Source: an uncultured delta proteobacterium (GTDB lineage: Bacteria > Myxococcota_A > Polyangia > Polyangiales > B10-G4). From it: a stretch of DNA of 64,000 nt. This document shows positions 8,465 through 17,789 of this stretch, in pieces (positions within the stretch are counted from its first letter, which is position 1; the number at the start of each line of letters is the position of its first letter). A program made the position numbers and the translations under genes. The notes beneath the pieces are model-generated. The model was not told the DNA's origin. It worked only from the letters and a program-made list of their open reading frames with translations, and searched no databases. The stretch covers positions 736,001 to 800,000 of the forward strand of contig CAVSGI010000010.1 of the NCBI GenBank assembly GCA_963727445.1, in the 5' to 3' direction.

Positions 8465-9879
8465 TCGAGCGTCTCGATCGCTTCTTCTTCGGGCCCATCC
8501 TCGCGGCGCGCCCGTGGCTCGTCATGAAGGCGTTTCTGCTTCTGCTCGCCTTCGACTGCTGGATCGACCTGTCGCCGCACGGCGGACGCTATGGGATCGG
8601 CGGATTCAACGTGGCGCACTTCGGATGGCTCGACGCGCTCACACCCACGCCCACGCCGGCCTTCTACGTCGGCCTCATCTGCTTCTGCGGCCTGCTCGCT
8701 TTCGCCAACGCCATCGGCGGCGTGAACCGATGGGCGCTCGGCGTGCTCGCCATCGCCTACACCTACAGCTGGGCGATGAGCATGCTGGACAGCTACCAGC
8801 ATCACTATCTGCTCACGTTGGCGCTCACCGCCTTCGTCTTCTACCCAAAGGTCTCCGCGGAGCTTCTCCTAGAGGGCCGCGAGGAGCCGAAAGAAGAGCC
8901 GAAGGCGAAGGGCAAAGAGAGCAAGAAGAAGCAAAAGAAGAAGCAAGAGAAGAAGGCCGCGAAGAAAGCTTCGGAAGACGCGCGTCTCCCCGGCGGCTCG
9001 CTCACGGCCTGGGCGTACTCCGCGACCGCGTGGTCCATCGGCATCGTCTACAGCTACACCGCCGTCTCCAAGTCCGAGCCGCAGTGGCGCGACGGAACGG
9101 CGCTCCAGCGCATCGCCCCCGAGGGAATGCGCCCCTTCCACGAGTACTTCGTCGACGAGCGCGGCTTTTCCGACGAGACCTTCTGGTCCCTCGTGGGTCA
9201 CTCGGTGATCCTCCTGCAGATCGTGGTCGCGGCCGGCTACTTCGTCGCGCCGCTCCTCGACCGCCGAGACCTGAGATGGCCGAAGTGGCTCTGCCTCGCC
9301 GCTTGGTTCGCCGCCATCAACTTCCACGTCGGCGCCGAGTACCTCGAGCTGCAGATCGGGTGGTTCAGTTACTACATGATGATCACCGCGTGCGTCTTTC
9401 TGCTGCCCAGCAGCGTCGTAGGCGCCGCCGGGCGCCTCTTCGCGACGCCCGCGCGCGCCCTCACCCGCGCACTGACCTCCGAGGGCGACAAGAGCTCCCT
9501 TCCCGTCGCCCTCGGCGTCGCTTTCATCTGTGGTCTCGCCGGTTACACCGTGGACATGCCGGGCGCCCTCACCGCCTCCGTCGCCGTCGGCGTGCTCCTC
9601 TTGGCGCTCGTCTTGGCCGACGAGACGGCGCCGCCCCTGTTGTGGAGCGCAGGTGTCGCCCTGGCCGCTCTCGCGATGTGGACGGCCTTCATCGGCACCG
9701 AGGCGCGCTACGACTATTATCGCTTCGTGGGTGGCGACCACCGGCGCCGCGGCGAGCTCGAGCAAGCACTCGAGGCATACATCAAGGCCAACGACTACGC
9801 GCCCGAAGAGGACAATCGGCGCGAGCGCGAAGACGAGGTGCGACGACAGCTCGGTCTTCCTCCGAGATGGAGCGATTGA
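8461..9879 (+). CDS. HTTM domain protein (vitamin K-dependent gamma-carboxylase-like / SdpB-like)
   Basis: Multiple TM helices; YQHHYL, YTAVSKSEPQWRDG, NFHVGAEYLELQIGWFSYYM; GTGA overlap with the upstream gene. Confidence 0.8.
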   Translation: MIERLDRFFFGPILAARPWLVMKAFLLLLAFDCWIDLSPHGGRYGIGGFNVAHFGWLDALTPTPTPAFYVGLICFCGLLAFANAIGGVNRWALGVLAIAYTYSWAMSMLDSYQHHYLLTLALTAFVFYPKVSAELLLEGREEPKEEPKAKGKESKKKQKKKQEKKAAKKASEDARLPGGSLTAWAYSATAWSIGIVYSYTAVSKSEPQWRDGTALQRIAPEGMRPFHEYFVDERGFSDETFWSLVGHSVILLQIVVAAGYFVAPLLDRRDLRWPKWLCLAAWFAAINFHVGAEYLELQIGWFSYYMMITACVFLLPSSVVGAAGRLFATPARALTRALTSEGDKSSLPVALGVAFICGLAGYTVDMPGALTASVAVGVLLLALVLADETAPPLLWSAGVALAALAMWTAFIGTEARYDYYRFVGGDHRRRGELEQALEAYIKANDYAPEEDNRREREDEVRRQLGLPPRWSD

Positions 9880-11105
9880 TGGCGAGCCCACGCCGCGACG
9901 GCGACAAGATCATCCTCCCCGGTCTCGCGACCGCACACAGCCACGCCTTCCAGCGGGGGCTGCGCGGTCGAACCCAGCGCCGCGCCGCCGAAGAGGGCTC
10001 GTTCTGGTCCTGGCGCGGCCTGATGTACGCCTTCGCCGAGAAGCTCGACCCGGGATCCATCTACGACCTCTCCCGGCTCGCCTACGCCGAGCTGGCCCTC
10101 GCCGGCGTGACCGCGATCGGAGAGTTCCACTACGTGCATCACCAAGCGGACGGCACGCCCTACGACGATCGCATCATCATGGCCGACGCGGTGGTGCGCG
10201 CGGCGCGCGACGTGGGCCTGCGGATCTGCCTGCTCCGCGTGCTCTACAACCGCGCCGGCAAGGACCGACCTGCGGCGGGCGCGCAGAGGCGCTTCAGCGA
10301 CGGCAAGGTGGAGGACGCGCTCGAGGACGTCGCCGCCATCGCCAAGCGCTTCAAAGGCGACCCCGGCGTCACCGTCGGTCTCGCCCCCCACAGCATCCGC
10401 GCCGTCCCCCGCGCGTGGATCCGCGAGGCCCACGACCTCGCCGAGGACGGCGACATGCCGCTGCACATGCACGTCGCCGAGCAGCGTCGCGAGCTCGATG
10501 AATGCGTGGCGGAGCACGGCATGCCGCCGGTGCGCGTGCTCGCCGAGGACGGCGTCCTCACCTCGCGCTTCGTCGCGGTCCACGCGACCCACCTCGAGGA
10601 CGACGAGATCCGCGCGCTCGGCGAGGCCGAGGCCTTCGCCTGCATCTGTCGCACGACGGAGCGCGACCTGGGTGACGGTGCGGTGAACGCCGCGGCGCTG
10701 GCGAACGCGGGCGTGCGTCTCTGCACCGGCGTCGACAGCCACGCCATCAGCGATCCGTTCGAGGAAGCGCGCGCCATCGAGCTCGACGACCGCACGCGCG
10801 CCGAGGGACGCGTCGTCGCCGCCGAAGCGCCCGAGCTGCTGCGCGCCGCCTGCGAGAACGGCTACGCGGCCATCGGCATGGAGGGCGCCGAGACACTCGA
10901 CCGCGTCGCTCTCGACGCCTCCGACGCGGCGCTCCTCGGTGCACCCGACGATCAGCTCGCCGACGCCGTCATATTCGCCGCGAGCCCCCGCACGGTGTGC
11001 GACGTCAACGTCGGCGGTCGCTCCATCGTCTGGGACGGCGAGATCCCCGACTGGCACGACATCCGGAAGAGCTACGAAGTAGCCCTGGCGCGATTGGTTG
11101 GTTGA
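9879..11105 (+). CDS. hutF: Formimidoylglutamate deiminase (amidohydrolase)
   Basis: PGLATAHSHAFQRG, SFWSWRGLMY, GEFHYVHH, APHSIRAV, HVAEQ, TTERDLGDG. Confidence 0.9.
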   Translation: MASPRRDGDKIILPGLATAHSHAFQRGLRGRTQRRAAEEGSFWSWRGLMYAFAEKLDPGSIYDLSRLAYAELALAGVTAIGEFHYVHHQADGTPYDDRIIMADAVVRAARDVGLRICLLRVLYNRAGKDRPAAGAQRRFSDGKVEDALEDVAAIAKRFKGDPGVTVGLAPHSIRAVPRAWIREAHDLAEDGDMPLHMHVAEQRRELDECVAEHGMPPVRVLAEDGVLTSRFVAVHATHLEDDEIRALGEAEAFACICRTTERDLGDGAVNAAALANAGVRLCTGVDSHAISDPFEEARAIELDDRTRAEGRVVAAEAPELLRAACENGYAAIGMEGAETLDRVALDASDAALLGAPDDQLADAVIFAASPRTVCDVNVGGRSIVWDGEIPDWHDIRKSYEVALARLVG

Positions 11106-11150
11106 CGCGACGGGACACGGAGCGGCGAAGCCGCGCGAGGCCCCCGCAAA

Positions 11151-11312
11151 TCAGCCCTTGGAGATCTTCTGCTCTTTGTGGCTGGTGTGCGTGCGGCAAG
11201 CGGCGCAGAACTTCTTGATCTTGAACTTCTCGGGCATCGTCCGCTTGTTCTTGTCGCTGACGTAGTTGTCGCGCCCGCACTTTTCACAGCGAAGGTGGAA
11301 GAGGTCTCGCAT
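11151..11312 (-). CDS. rpmG: 50S ribosomal protein L33 (Zn-binding C+ form)
   Basis: Manual translation MRDLFHLRCEKCGRDNYVSDKNKRTMPEKFKIKKFCAACRTHTSHKEQKISKG; AGGAG SD; below the ORF-track cutoff. Confidence 0.92.
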   Translation of the reverse strand: MRDLFHLRCEKCGRDNYVSDKNKRTMPEKFKIKKFCAACRTHTSHKEQKISKG

Positions 11313-11359
11313 CTCAGGACTCCTGAAGGGAGCGGACTATAGCCGCGGCCCGCGCCCGG

Positions 11360-13903
11360 TCAAGGCCCGACGAAGATCGGGTCAGGGACGCCGTCGCGGC
11401 CGTCGGAAGCGGAAAAACCGGGAGAAAATCCGCCCAGACCACCCCGACCGGGCACGCCGGCCTCGTCGATGGTCGTCCCCACCAGGAGCTCGGCGCCATA
11501 GCCCACCGGATCGGAGCCCCCGCTCAGGTAGAAGCCGTGGCTCCCTCCGCCACAGCCGCCGCCGCCCCCGCCACCAGCGCCGCCGCGCCCGCCGTCGCCG
11601 CCACGGCCGCCGGTGCGTGAGCACCAGAAGCGCGCGCTGCCGCCGAGGCCGCCCGTGCCGCCGGCGCCGCCCGAGGCGCCGATGCCGCCGTCGCCGCCCT
11701 GACCGCCGCTGGCGGTCACGATCCGCACCGTGTCGAAGGTCGGGCCACGCGACTGTGCCGGGCCCAGCCGCACGACGACCGCCGCGCTCGTGCCGCCGCC
11801 CGTTCCGCCGCCCGCGCCCGGCGCGCCGCAGCCGCCGCTCCCGCCACCGCCGCCCGCGCCGCCGCTGCGGTCCGCGCACTCGCCGCTGGTGGCGCCGATC
11901 ACCGCGTAGCCCGAGCCCGAAGTCCCGCCGCCACCGCCCGAGCCATCGTTGCCATCGGCGCCATCGGTGCCGCCGGCGGCCGTGATCCGTCCGCTCGTCA
12001 CGTCGAGGATCGGCGGCACCGAGCAACCGGCACCCGCAGACCCGTCGCTACCGGACGCGCCGTCGCCGCCGATGCCGCCATTGCGCGGGAGCGTCGGGTT
12101 GTCGTCGCAGAAGTTGCAGACGCCGCGGTCGGTAGGCGCGTTGTAGGTGAGCTCGCCTGCCGCGCCGCCCGAAGGCCCTCGGCCCGCCGTCGCCGCCGGG
12201 TTGGGGGCCGCCACCGCGATCGCCGAGGCGAGGTCGCAGACGCCGCCGACCGTGAAGTCCGTGCAACCGCCGTTGCCGCACGGCATGCCGTTGACGCATC
12301 CGGTGTCCGGGCAATCGCCGTCGCCGCCGTTGCCTCCGCTCACGTTCGTCATGCGACAGGAGTGTCGCCCGCCGCTGCCTCCGTCGACGCGCCGGCAGGT
12401 GCTGCCCGACGCCGGCGCGCCATCCGCGCCGTCATCGCCGGTGAGCTGGCCGAGATCCATCAGCCCCCAGTCGGCGAGGTTGTCACTGGAGTCGTCGCCG
12501 CGGATGCCGTCAGCCCCGCGCCCCGCCATGATCGTCATCTCGGCGAAGGTCACCGCCGGGCCGCAGCCGTTCGAATAGAGGGTGGTGCTCCCGGCGCCCG
12601 GAGCGGTCGCGTCACTGCCGCTGAGGATGAAGCCCTCCATGCGCGTCGTCGCCGTGACGCCGTCGCAGATCAACACCGGCGCCCCGGGCACGCGGCCCTC
12701 GAGCTGCACCGGATAGAGCTCGAGGTCGCGGTCGGCGAAGTCGGGCCGGTAGCCGCCGAAGACGTCGATGCCCGACGGCACCTCGAAAGGCCCTTCGTAG
12801 ATGCCGCGAGAGACGAGGATGTCTTTGCCCTCGCTGCGCGCGACGGTCACCGCGCGCGACAGCGTCCGCACCGGCCGCGCCAGGGTGCCTGGGTTGGTGT
12901 CGCTCCCCACCGCGGTCACGTAGACGAAGTCGGTGGTGTCGTCGGCGACGCCATCGCAGTTCGCATCGCCGCCAACCACCGGGGGCGGCCCCACGCCGTC
13001 CCAGCGCTCGCACTCGCAGCCGTTGGCCTGGATGCGATCGACGTCGACGAAGCCGTCCTGACAGACCACCTCGCAGCGCACGCCCGCCCCGTCCGGCAGG
13101 CAGGTCGCCACCATGTTCGGACCAGGTTCGACGCAGGGCATCGCGCAGCCGCCGCAGTGAAGCCGGGCCACGTAGCGCCCCGCGTCGTCGCGGAAGTCCT
13201 CGTCGACGCCGCCGTCGCAGTCGTCGTCGCGCCCGTTGCAGCTCTCGTCGAGGACGGGCTCGCAGGCGGTGAAGCCGTCCTCGGCGCAGACCGAAGCCCC
13301 CGCGCACTCGTAGCCGTCGCCGCGATCGATGAGGCAGGCGATCTCGAGGCCGAGGTTGTCAGCGTTGCACGTGCAGTCGCCGCCGATCGGCCGACATGCC
13401 CCCGCACTGCACTCGGTGCCAGGCGGACAGGGCGGGCCGTCGCCGGTCCCGCATGGCGGCAGGCACCGACCACCGCCGTCGATCGCCATGTCGCAAACCG
13501 AGCCTGGCAGGCGAAGCGCACAGTCGCCGTCGTCGTTGCACGGCAGGCAGGCGACGGGCGCATCGGGTGCGCAGAAGCCGTCACCCGCGCGGTGAGACCC
13601 CGGCGGACAGGAGATGATCTCGCAGCGGGCCCCGGCGTCGGTCACCACGCACGCCGTCTCCTCCGCGCTCGGGAAGACCTCCGCGCACGACACGCCGCAG
13701 GCCCCGCAGTTGTCGTTCGTGAAGTAAACGCCGTCCTCGTCGACGAAGTCCTCGTCCACCAGGTCGTCGCAGTCCTGGTCGAAGTAGTCGCAGACCTCGG
13801 GCACGTCGCAGAGGTGCGCCTGGTAACAGCCCGAGAGCGCCAGCGCGAAGAGCCCGGCGGCGCCCACGAGGAGGAGGCCGGAACGCTCAGCGAACGACGA
13901 CAT
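11360..13903 (-). CDS. Lipoprotein with MopE-like Cys/Asp repeats, DUF1565-like domain and Gly-rich C-terminus
   Basis: LALSGC lipobox; EVCDYFDQDCDDLVDE, ESCNGRDDDCDGGVDE; GSDTNPGTLARPVRT; long GGxGG tracts. Confidence 0.8.
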   Translation of the reverse strand: MSSFAERSGLLLVGAAGLFALALSGCYQAHLCDVPEVCDYFDQDCDDLVDEDFVDEDGVYFTNDNCGACGVSCAEVFPSAEETACVVTDAGARCEIISCPPGSHRAGDGFCAPDAPVACLPCNDDGDCALRLPGSVCDMAIDGGGRCLPPCGTGDGPPCPPGTECSAGACRPIGGDCTCNADNLGLEIACLIDRGDGYECAGASVCAEDGFTACEPVLDESCNGRDDDCDGGVDEDFRDDAGRYVARLHCGGCAMPCVEPGPNMVATCLPDGAGVRCEVVCQDGFVDVDRIQANGCECERWDGVGPPPVVGGDANCDGVADDTTDFVYVTAVGSDTNPGTLARPVRTLSRAVTVARSEGKDILVSRGIYEGPFEVPSGIDVFGGYRPDFADRDLELYPVQLEGRVPGAPVLICDGVTATTRMEGFILSGSDATAPGAGSTTLYSNGCGPAVTFAEMTIMAGRGADGIRGDDSSDNLADWGLMDLGQLTGDDGADGAPASGSTCRRVDGGSGGRHSCRMTNVSGGNGGDGDCPDTGCVNGMPCGNGGCTDFTVGGVCDLASAIAVAAPNPAATAGRGPSGGAAGELTYNAPTDRGVCNFCDDNPTLPRNGGIGGDGASGSDGSAGAGCSVPPILDVTSGRITAAGGTDGADGNDGSGGGGGTSGSGYAVIGATSGECADRSGGAGGGGGSGGCGAPGAGGGTGGGTSAAVVVRLGPAQSRGPTFDTVRIVTASGGQGGDGGIGASGGAGGTGGLGGSARFWCSRTGGRGGDGGRGGAGGGGGGGCGGGSHGFYLSGGSDPVGYGAELLVGTTIDEAGVPGRGGLGGFSPGFSASDGRDGVPDPIFVGP

Positions 13904-16460
13904 CGATCGCGCCTCCTTCCACGCCATCGGCGGCAGCCGCTGCGCCGCCGCCGCCACGCCCGGCGAGCCCCGGCCTGCCGAGATCGAAGGTGTTGCCGCT
14001 GCGCCAGGCCGCGACGCCCGGCGGCTCGCCCATCCCGGCGCCCGTCAGCCAGATCCCCACCGACGCGCCTCCGCAGCCGCCGCCGCCGCCGCCGCCTGCG
14101 CCGCCGTTGCCGCCCGCGCCGCCGCGCCCGCCGGGGAAGGGCCCCGAGAGGGTGGGCGTGGAGCGCGCCTCGCGGGAGAGGCCCTGGGCGAAGGCGCCCG
14201 CGCCGCCGAGGCCACCGTCGCCGCCCGCGCCGCCGTCACCGCCGCGCCCGCCGTCGCCCGGCGAGAGCGTGAGCTCGGTGAAGATCGGTAGCGCCGCACC
14301 AGGCGCGCTTCGAATCACGATCGCCGCCGCCGGCGCGCCGCTCGTCCCAGGCATCCCGGCGCCGCCGCCGCAACCGCCCGCACCGCCGCCGCCTCCGCCG
14401 CCACCGAGCCCATCGGGGAACTCACAGAGGCGATCGAACCAGTCCATCTCGGCGCCGCCGCCACCGCCGCCGCCTCCGCCGCCGGAGCCGGGGGTGCCTC
14501 GCGTTCCCGCGGTGCCGATGTCGGCGGTCCACATCGTTCCCATGAAGCTCCCGAAGGCGTCGACGCAGCCGCCCCCCGCCATTCCGTCGCCCCCGTCGCT
14601 GCCCGGGCTGCCCGCCTGGGGGCCCTGGAAGTCGGTGGGCACGGTGAAGTCGGCGAGGCCGCAACACACCACCTCGGAGCAACTGATGCCCATGATGGGA
14701 CCGTTCGAGTCCTGTCCGCCGGCGCCGCCGTTGCCGCCCCTCAGGCCGCCCACGCTCGGCGCGTTCTCGCCCGAAGGCTGGAAGTCGGCGAAGACCGGGC
14801 AGGTGGGGGAGCCGCCGCGACCGCCGTTGGTGGGCGTCCCCCGGCAGGTGTTCTGTCCCCCCGCGCCGCCCGCGACCACGTTGCGCATCTCGCGGATGCA
14901 CATGTGCCGCGTGTCTTCGAAGGCGCCGCGCGGCGGACGGCCCTCCTCCGCGGCGCGCGTGGGCGCCGCGCCGGCTGCCCCCGAGGCGCCGTTCATGCCG
15001 CGGCCTGCCACGCCGCTCCGGATCTGCGAGCGGTCGATGGTCAACATCGGCCCGGGTCGGTCGAGGAAGATCGCGAACGCCGGGCTGCTGGGCGCGTTCG
15101 CGTCCCGGCCGAGCACGGTCACCCACTGCAAGAGCGTGGGCGCCGTCGTGCCCACGTCCGAGCTTCCGACCACCGCGGCGCCGCCCGGGGCGTCGGTGTC
15201 GCTGGGCGCACGGATGATGGTGGTGAATCCGTCGGGATCGAGCGCGCGGAAGTCGCGCCGGTAACCGCCGTGGATGAAGACGCCGGGCGCGAGGGCGAGC
15301 GTCTCCGTGTAGGTCCCCGAGGCGACGAAGATGTGCGCGCGCGGGTCAGGTGTGGTGAGCGACTCCGTGGCGCGCGCGACGGCGGCGGCCAGCGTGCGGA
15401 GGGGACGCGTCGGCGAGCCGGGACCGGTGTCGTTGCCGTCGGTCGCGACGTAGAAGCTCTCGAGCACGATGCCGTCCGCCCCGTCGCAGTTGGTGTCGAG
15501 GTCCTGACCTTCGGTGAAGAGCGGCCCGGGCACGTCGTTCACGATGCTCACCACGCACTCGCAGCCGGTGGCGATGTCTCGGTCCGCGTCGACGCGATCA
15601 CCGGGGTCGATCCCGTCGGCGGCGTCCGGGCAGGACAGCACGCAGGAGGGGGCAAAGGGATCGCCGCCGCAGACCAGGTCCCCTTCGGGGATGCTGTCCA
15701 CCGTGCAATCGACGCCGCACTCGCCACAGTTGTGGAGGTCGAGGCTGTAGGCGCCACGCCTGTCGCGGAAGCCGTCGTCGATGACGCCGTTGCAGTCGTT
15801 GTCGACCTCGTCGCAGACCTCGGGGGGCGCCGCGCACTCCGACAGCACGCCATCGTTGCAGGTGGCCGCCCCGGGACAGCGAAGACCCTCCGGGTCGACG
15901 AGCGCGCAGGCGAGGTCGAAGGTCTCCCCCGGATCGCAGGAGCAGCTGCCACCGAGGGGCGCGCAGAGCCCTTCGGCGTTGCAGCCGTAGCCGACGGGGC
16001 AGCCCAACTCGCAGCCCACGGCGCAGCGTGGCTCGCCGCCCAGGTCCGCGCAGCGCGCCGAAGGAATGTCGCCGCAGTCGGCGTCGGTCACACACGAAAA
16101 GCACAAGCGCTCCCACGCCGGGATGCAGCGTCCGGAGGTCGAGATCGCGAACCCCTCAGCGCACTCGAGCGCGACGCAGAGCGCGGTCTCTTCGAGGATG
16201 CCGCAGCCGGAGGCGAGCTCGGCGCTGCTGCGCGGCGCGCACGCCATGTCGCAGCCGCCGCAGTGGTCGTCCGTGATGTAGCGACCCATCTCGTCGCGAA
16301 AGTCTTCGTCGACGCTGTCGTCCAGATCGTCGTCGAGCCCGTTACACTCCTCGGGCCTCGGGATCGGCCGCGCCGCCGCGTCGAAGACGTCGTCGACCAG
16401 AGCCGTCCGCCCGCAAGCCGACAGTACGGCGAGGAGGACGACGGGTCCCAGGCGAAGCAT
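13887..16460 (-). CDS. Paralogous MopE-repeat / DUF1565-like / Gly-rich lipoprotein
   Basis: VLSAC lipobox; EECNGLDDDLDDSVDE, EVCDEVDNDCNGVIDD; GNDTGPGSPTRPLRT. Confidence 0.8.
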   Translation of the reverse strand: MLRLGPVVLLAVLSACGRTALVDDVFDAAARPIPRPEECNGLDDDLDDSVDEDFRDEMGRYITDDHCGGCDMACAPRSSAELASGCGILEETALCVALECAEGFAISTSGRCIPAWERLCFSCVTDADCGDIPSARCADLGGEPRCAVGCELGCPVGYGCNAEGLCAPLGGSCSCDPGETFDLACALVDPEGLRCPGAATCNDGVLSECAAPPEVCDEVDNDCNGVIDDGFRDRRGAYSLDLHNCGECGVDCTVDSIPEGDLVCGGDPFAPSCVLSCPDAADGIDPGDRVDADRDIATGCECVVSIVNDVPGPLFTEGQDLDTNCDGADGIVLESFYVATDGNDTGPGSPTRPLRTLAAAVARATESLTTPDPRAHIFVASGTYTETLALAPGVFIHGGYRRDFRALDPDGFTTIIRAPSDTDAPGGAAVVGSSDVGTTAPTLLQWVTVLGRDANAPSSPAFAIFLDRPGPMLTIDRSQIRSGVAGRGMNGASGAAGAAPTRAAEEGRPPRGAFEDTRHMCIREMRNVVAGGAGGQNTCRGTPTNGGRGGSPTCPVFADFQPSGENAPSVGGLRGGNGGAGGQDSNGPIMGISCSEVVCCGLADFTVPTDFQGPQAGSPGSDGGDGMAGGGCVDAFGSFMGTMWTADIGTAGTRGTPGSGGGGGGGGGGAEMDWFDRLCEFPDGLGGGGGGGGAGGCGGGAGMPGTSGAPAAAIVIRSAPGAALPIFTELTLSPGDGGRGGDGGAGGDGGLGGAGAFAQGLSREARSTPTLSGPFPGGRGGAGGNGGAGGGGGGGCGGASVGIWLTGAGMGEPPGVAAWRSGNTFDLGRPGLAGRGGGGAAAAADGVEGGAIDVVVR

Positions 16461-16499
16461 GCCGCGAAGCATAGGGGCTGGATCTCGCCAGCGCACCCC

Positions 16500-17162
16500 T
16501 CAGATCGACAGCGCGGTGATGATCAACCCCTCCTCGAGCGTCAGCCGGCCCTCGAAACGGTCTCCCGTCGCGAATCGCCCGGCCTGTTCGGTGAGGAAGA
16601 GCTCGAAGCGCCCGGCCGACAGATCCAGGGTCACGTCCGCCGCGTGGAAGCCGAGGTACTGCCGGGTGAGGGGGTACTGCGCCTTGTAGAAGGCTTCCTT
16701 GGCGCTGAAGACGACGCGGACCAGGGCACCCAGCTCGCGGTCGGCCGTCTGGCGGAGCCGATCCAGCTCCTCGGCGCTGCAGATCTTGTCGAAGAGCGGC
16801 TCGCGCACGGCCTCGCTCCGCTCGACGTCGATGCCCAGGGACTCCACCGGGGCCCCGCGCCGCGCGACAACCACTCCGCAATAATTCTTGGTGTGGGTGA
16901 TGGAGCCGACGACGCCCAGCGGCCAGACCGGGCAACGCTCCTCGTCGTTGACGATGGCCGCATGCTCGGCCCCGAGGCGACCGAGCGCTCGCCGGGCCAG
17001 GAGCCGCGCGGTGGCGTACTCCGCCTTGCGCTTGTCGACGGCGCGGGCAATCTGCGCCCGCTCCTCCGGGAAGAGCGCGTCGACCGCGAGCGCGGGCCTG
17101 GCCTCTTCGGCCACCACCCCGTCGGGAAAGAGACGACTCAATCGCTCACCGTCGAGCTTCAC
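16500..17162 (-). CDS. 4'-phosphopantetheinyl transferase (EntD-like)
   Basis: KRKAEYATAR, PVWPLGVVGSITH, LGIDVE, FSAKEAFYKA. Confidence 0.92.
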   Translation of the reverse strand: MKLDGERLSRLFPDGVVAEEARPALAVDALFPEERAQIARAVDKRKAEYATARLLARRALGRLGAEHAAIVNDEERCPVWPLGVVGSITHTKNYCGVVVARRGAPVESLGIDVERSEAVREPLFDKICSAEELDRLRQTADRELGALVRVVFSAKEAFYKAQYPLTRQYLGFHAADVTLDLSAGRFELFLTEQAGRFATGDRFEGRLTLEEGLIITALSI

Positions 17163-17204
17163 GGAAAAGCAGTGTAATGTGCAAAGGTCCGCTTCGCACT
17201 TCGC

Positions 17205-17786
17205 ATGTCCCTGCCTTCACCCGTTCACATCGAAACCGAGCGCCTCGTCCTCACCATGCCTGGCCGACAGGACGCGCCGCTCATGGTGGACTACTTCTCG
17301 CGCAACCGGTCGCACCTGTCGCATTGGGAGCCGGCCTACCCCGACGGCTTCTTCACCAACGCGTACTGGGAGTCGCGCCTCGAAGACGCCCGTCAGGAGC
17401 TCATCGACGACCGCGCGCTGCGCCTCGTCGTCTTTCGTCGCGGTGGTGCGGACCGTCGCGTCATCGGCATCGCCAACTTCACGGCGATCATTCGCCTCGC
17501 CTTCAACTGCACCAACCTCGGCTACAGCGTCGATGCCGAGCATCAGGGGCAGGGGGTCATGCACGAGGCGCTCGCCGCGGCGATCGGGCACGTCTTCGCC
17601 GATCTGAACCTCCACCGCATCCAGGCGAACTATCAGCCGCACAACGAGCGCAGCGGACGCCTCCTCGAACGACTGGGCTTCGTGATCGAGGGGTATGCCC
17701 GCGATTACCTCCTGATCGACGGCGCTTACCGCGATCACGTCCTGACCAGCCTGACCAATCCGGACTGGAAGCTCCCGTCGCGTTGA
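17205..17786 (+). CDS. rimJ: RimJ-like GNAT N-acetyltransferase
   Basis: HLSHWEP, LGYSVDAEHQGQGVMHEAL, LHRIQANYQPHNERSG, EGYARDYLLIDG. Confidence 0.8.
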   Translation: MSLPSPVHIETERLVLTMPGRQDAPLMVDYFSRNRSHLSHWEPAYPDGFFTNAYWESRLEDARQELIDDRALRLVVFRRGGADRRVIGIANFTAIIRLAFNCTNLGYSVDAEHQGQGVMHEALAAAIGHVFADLNLHRIQANYQPHNERSGRLLERLGFVIEGYARDYLLIDGAYRDHVLTSLTNPDWKLPSR

Positions 17787-17789
17787 GTC

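Noticed and set aside
9879..11105. Functional link between hutF and the HTTM pair
   Set aside because: The only support is a 1-bp overlap; the chemistry is unrelated and no other hut genes are in the window
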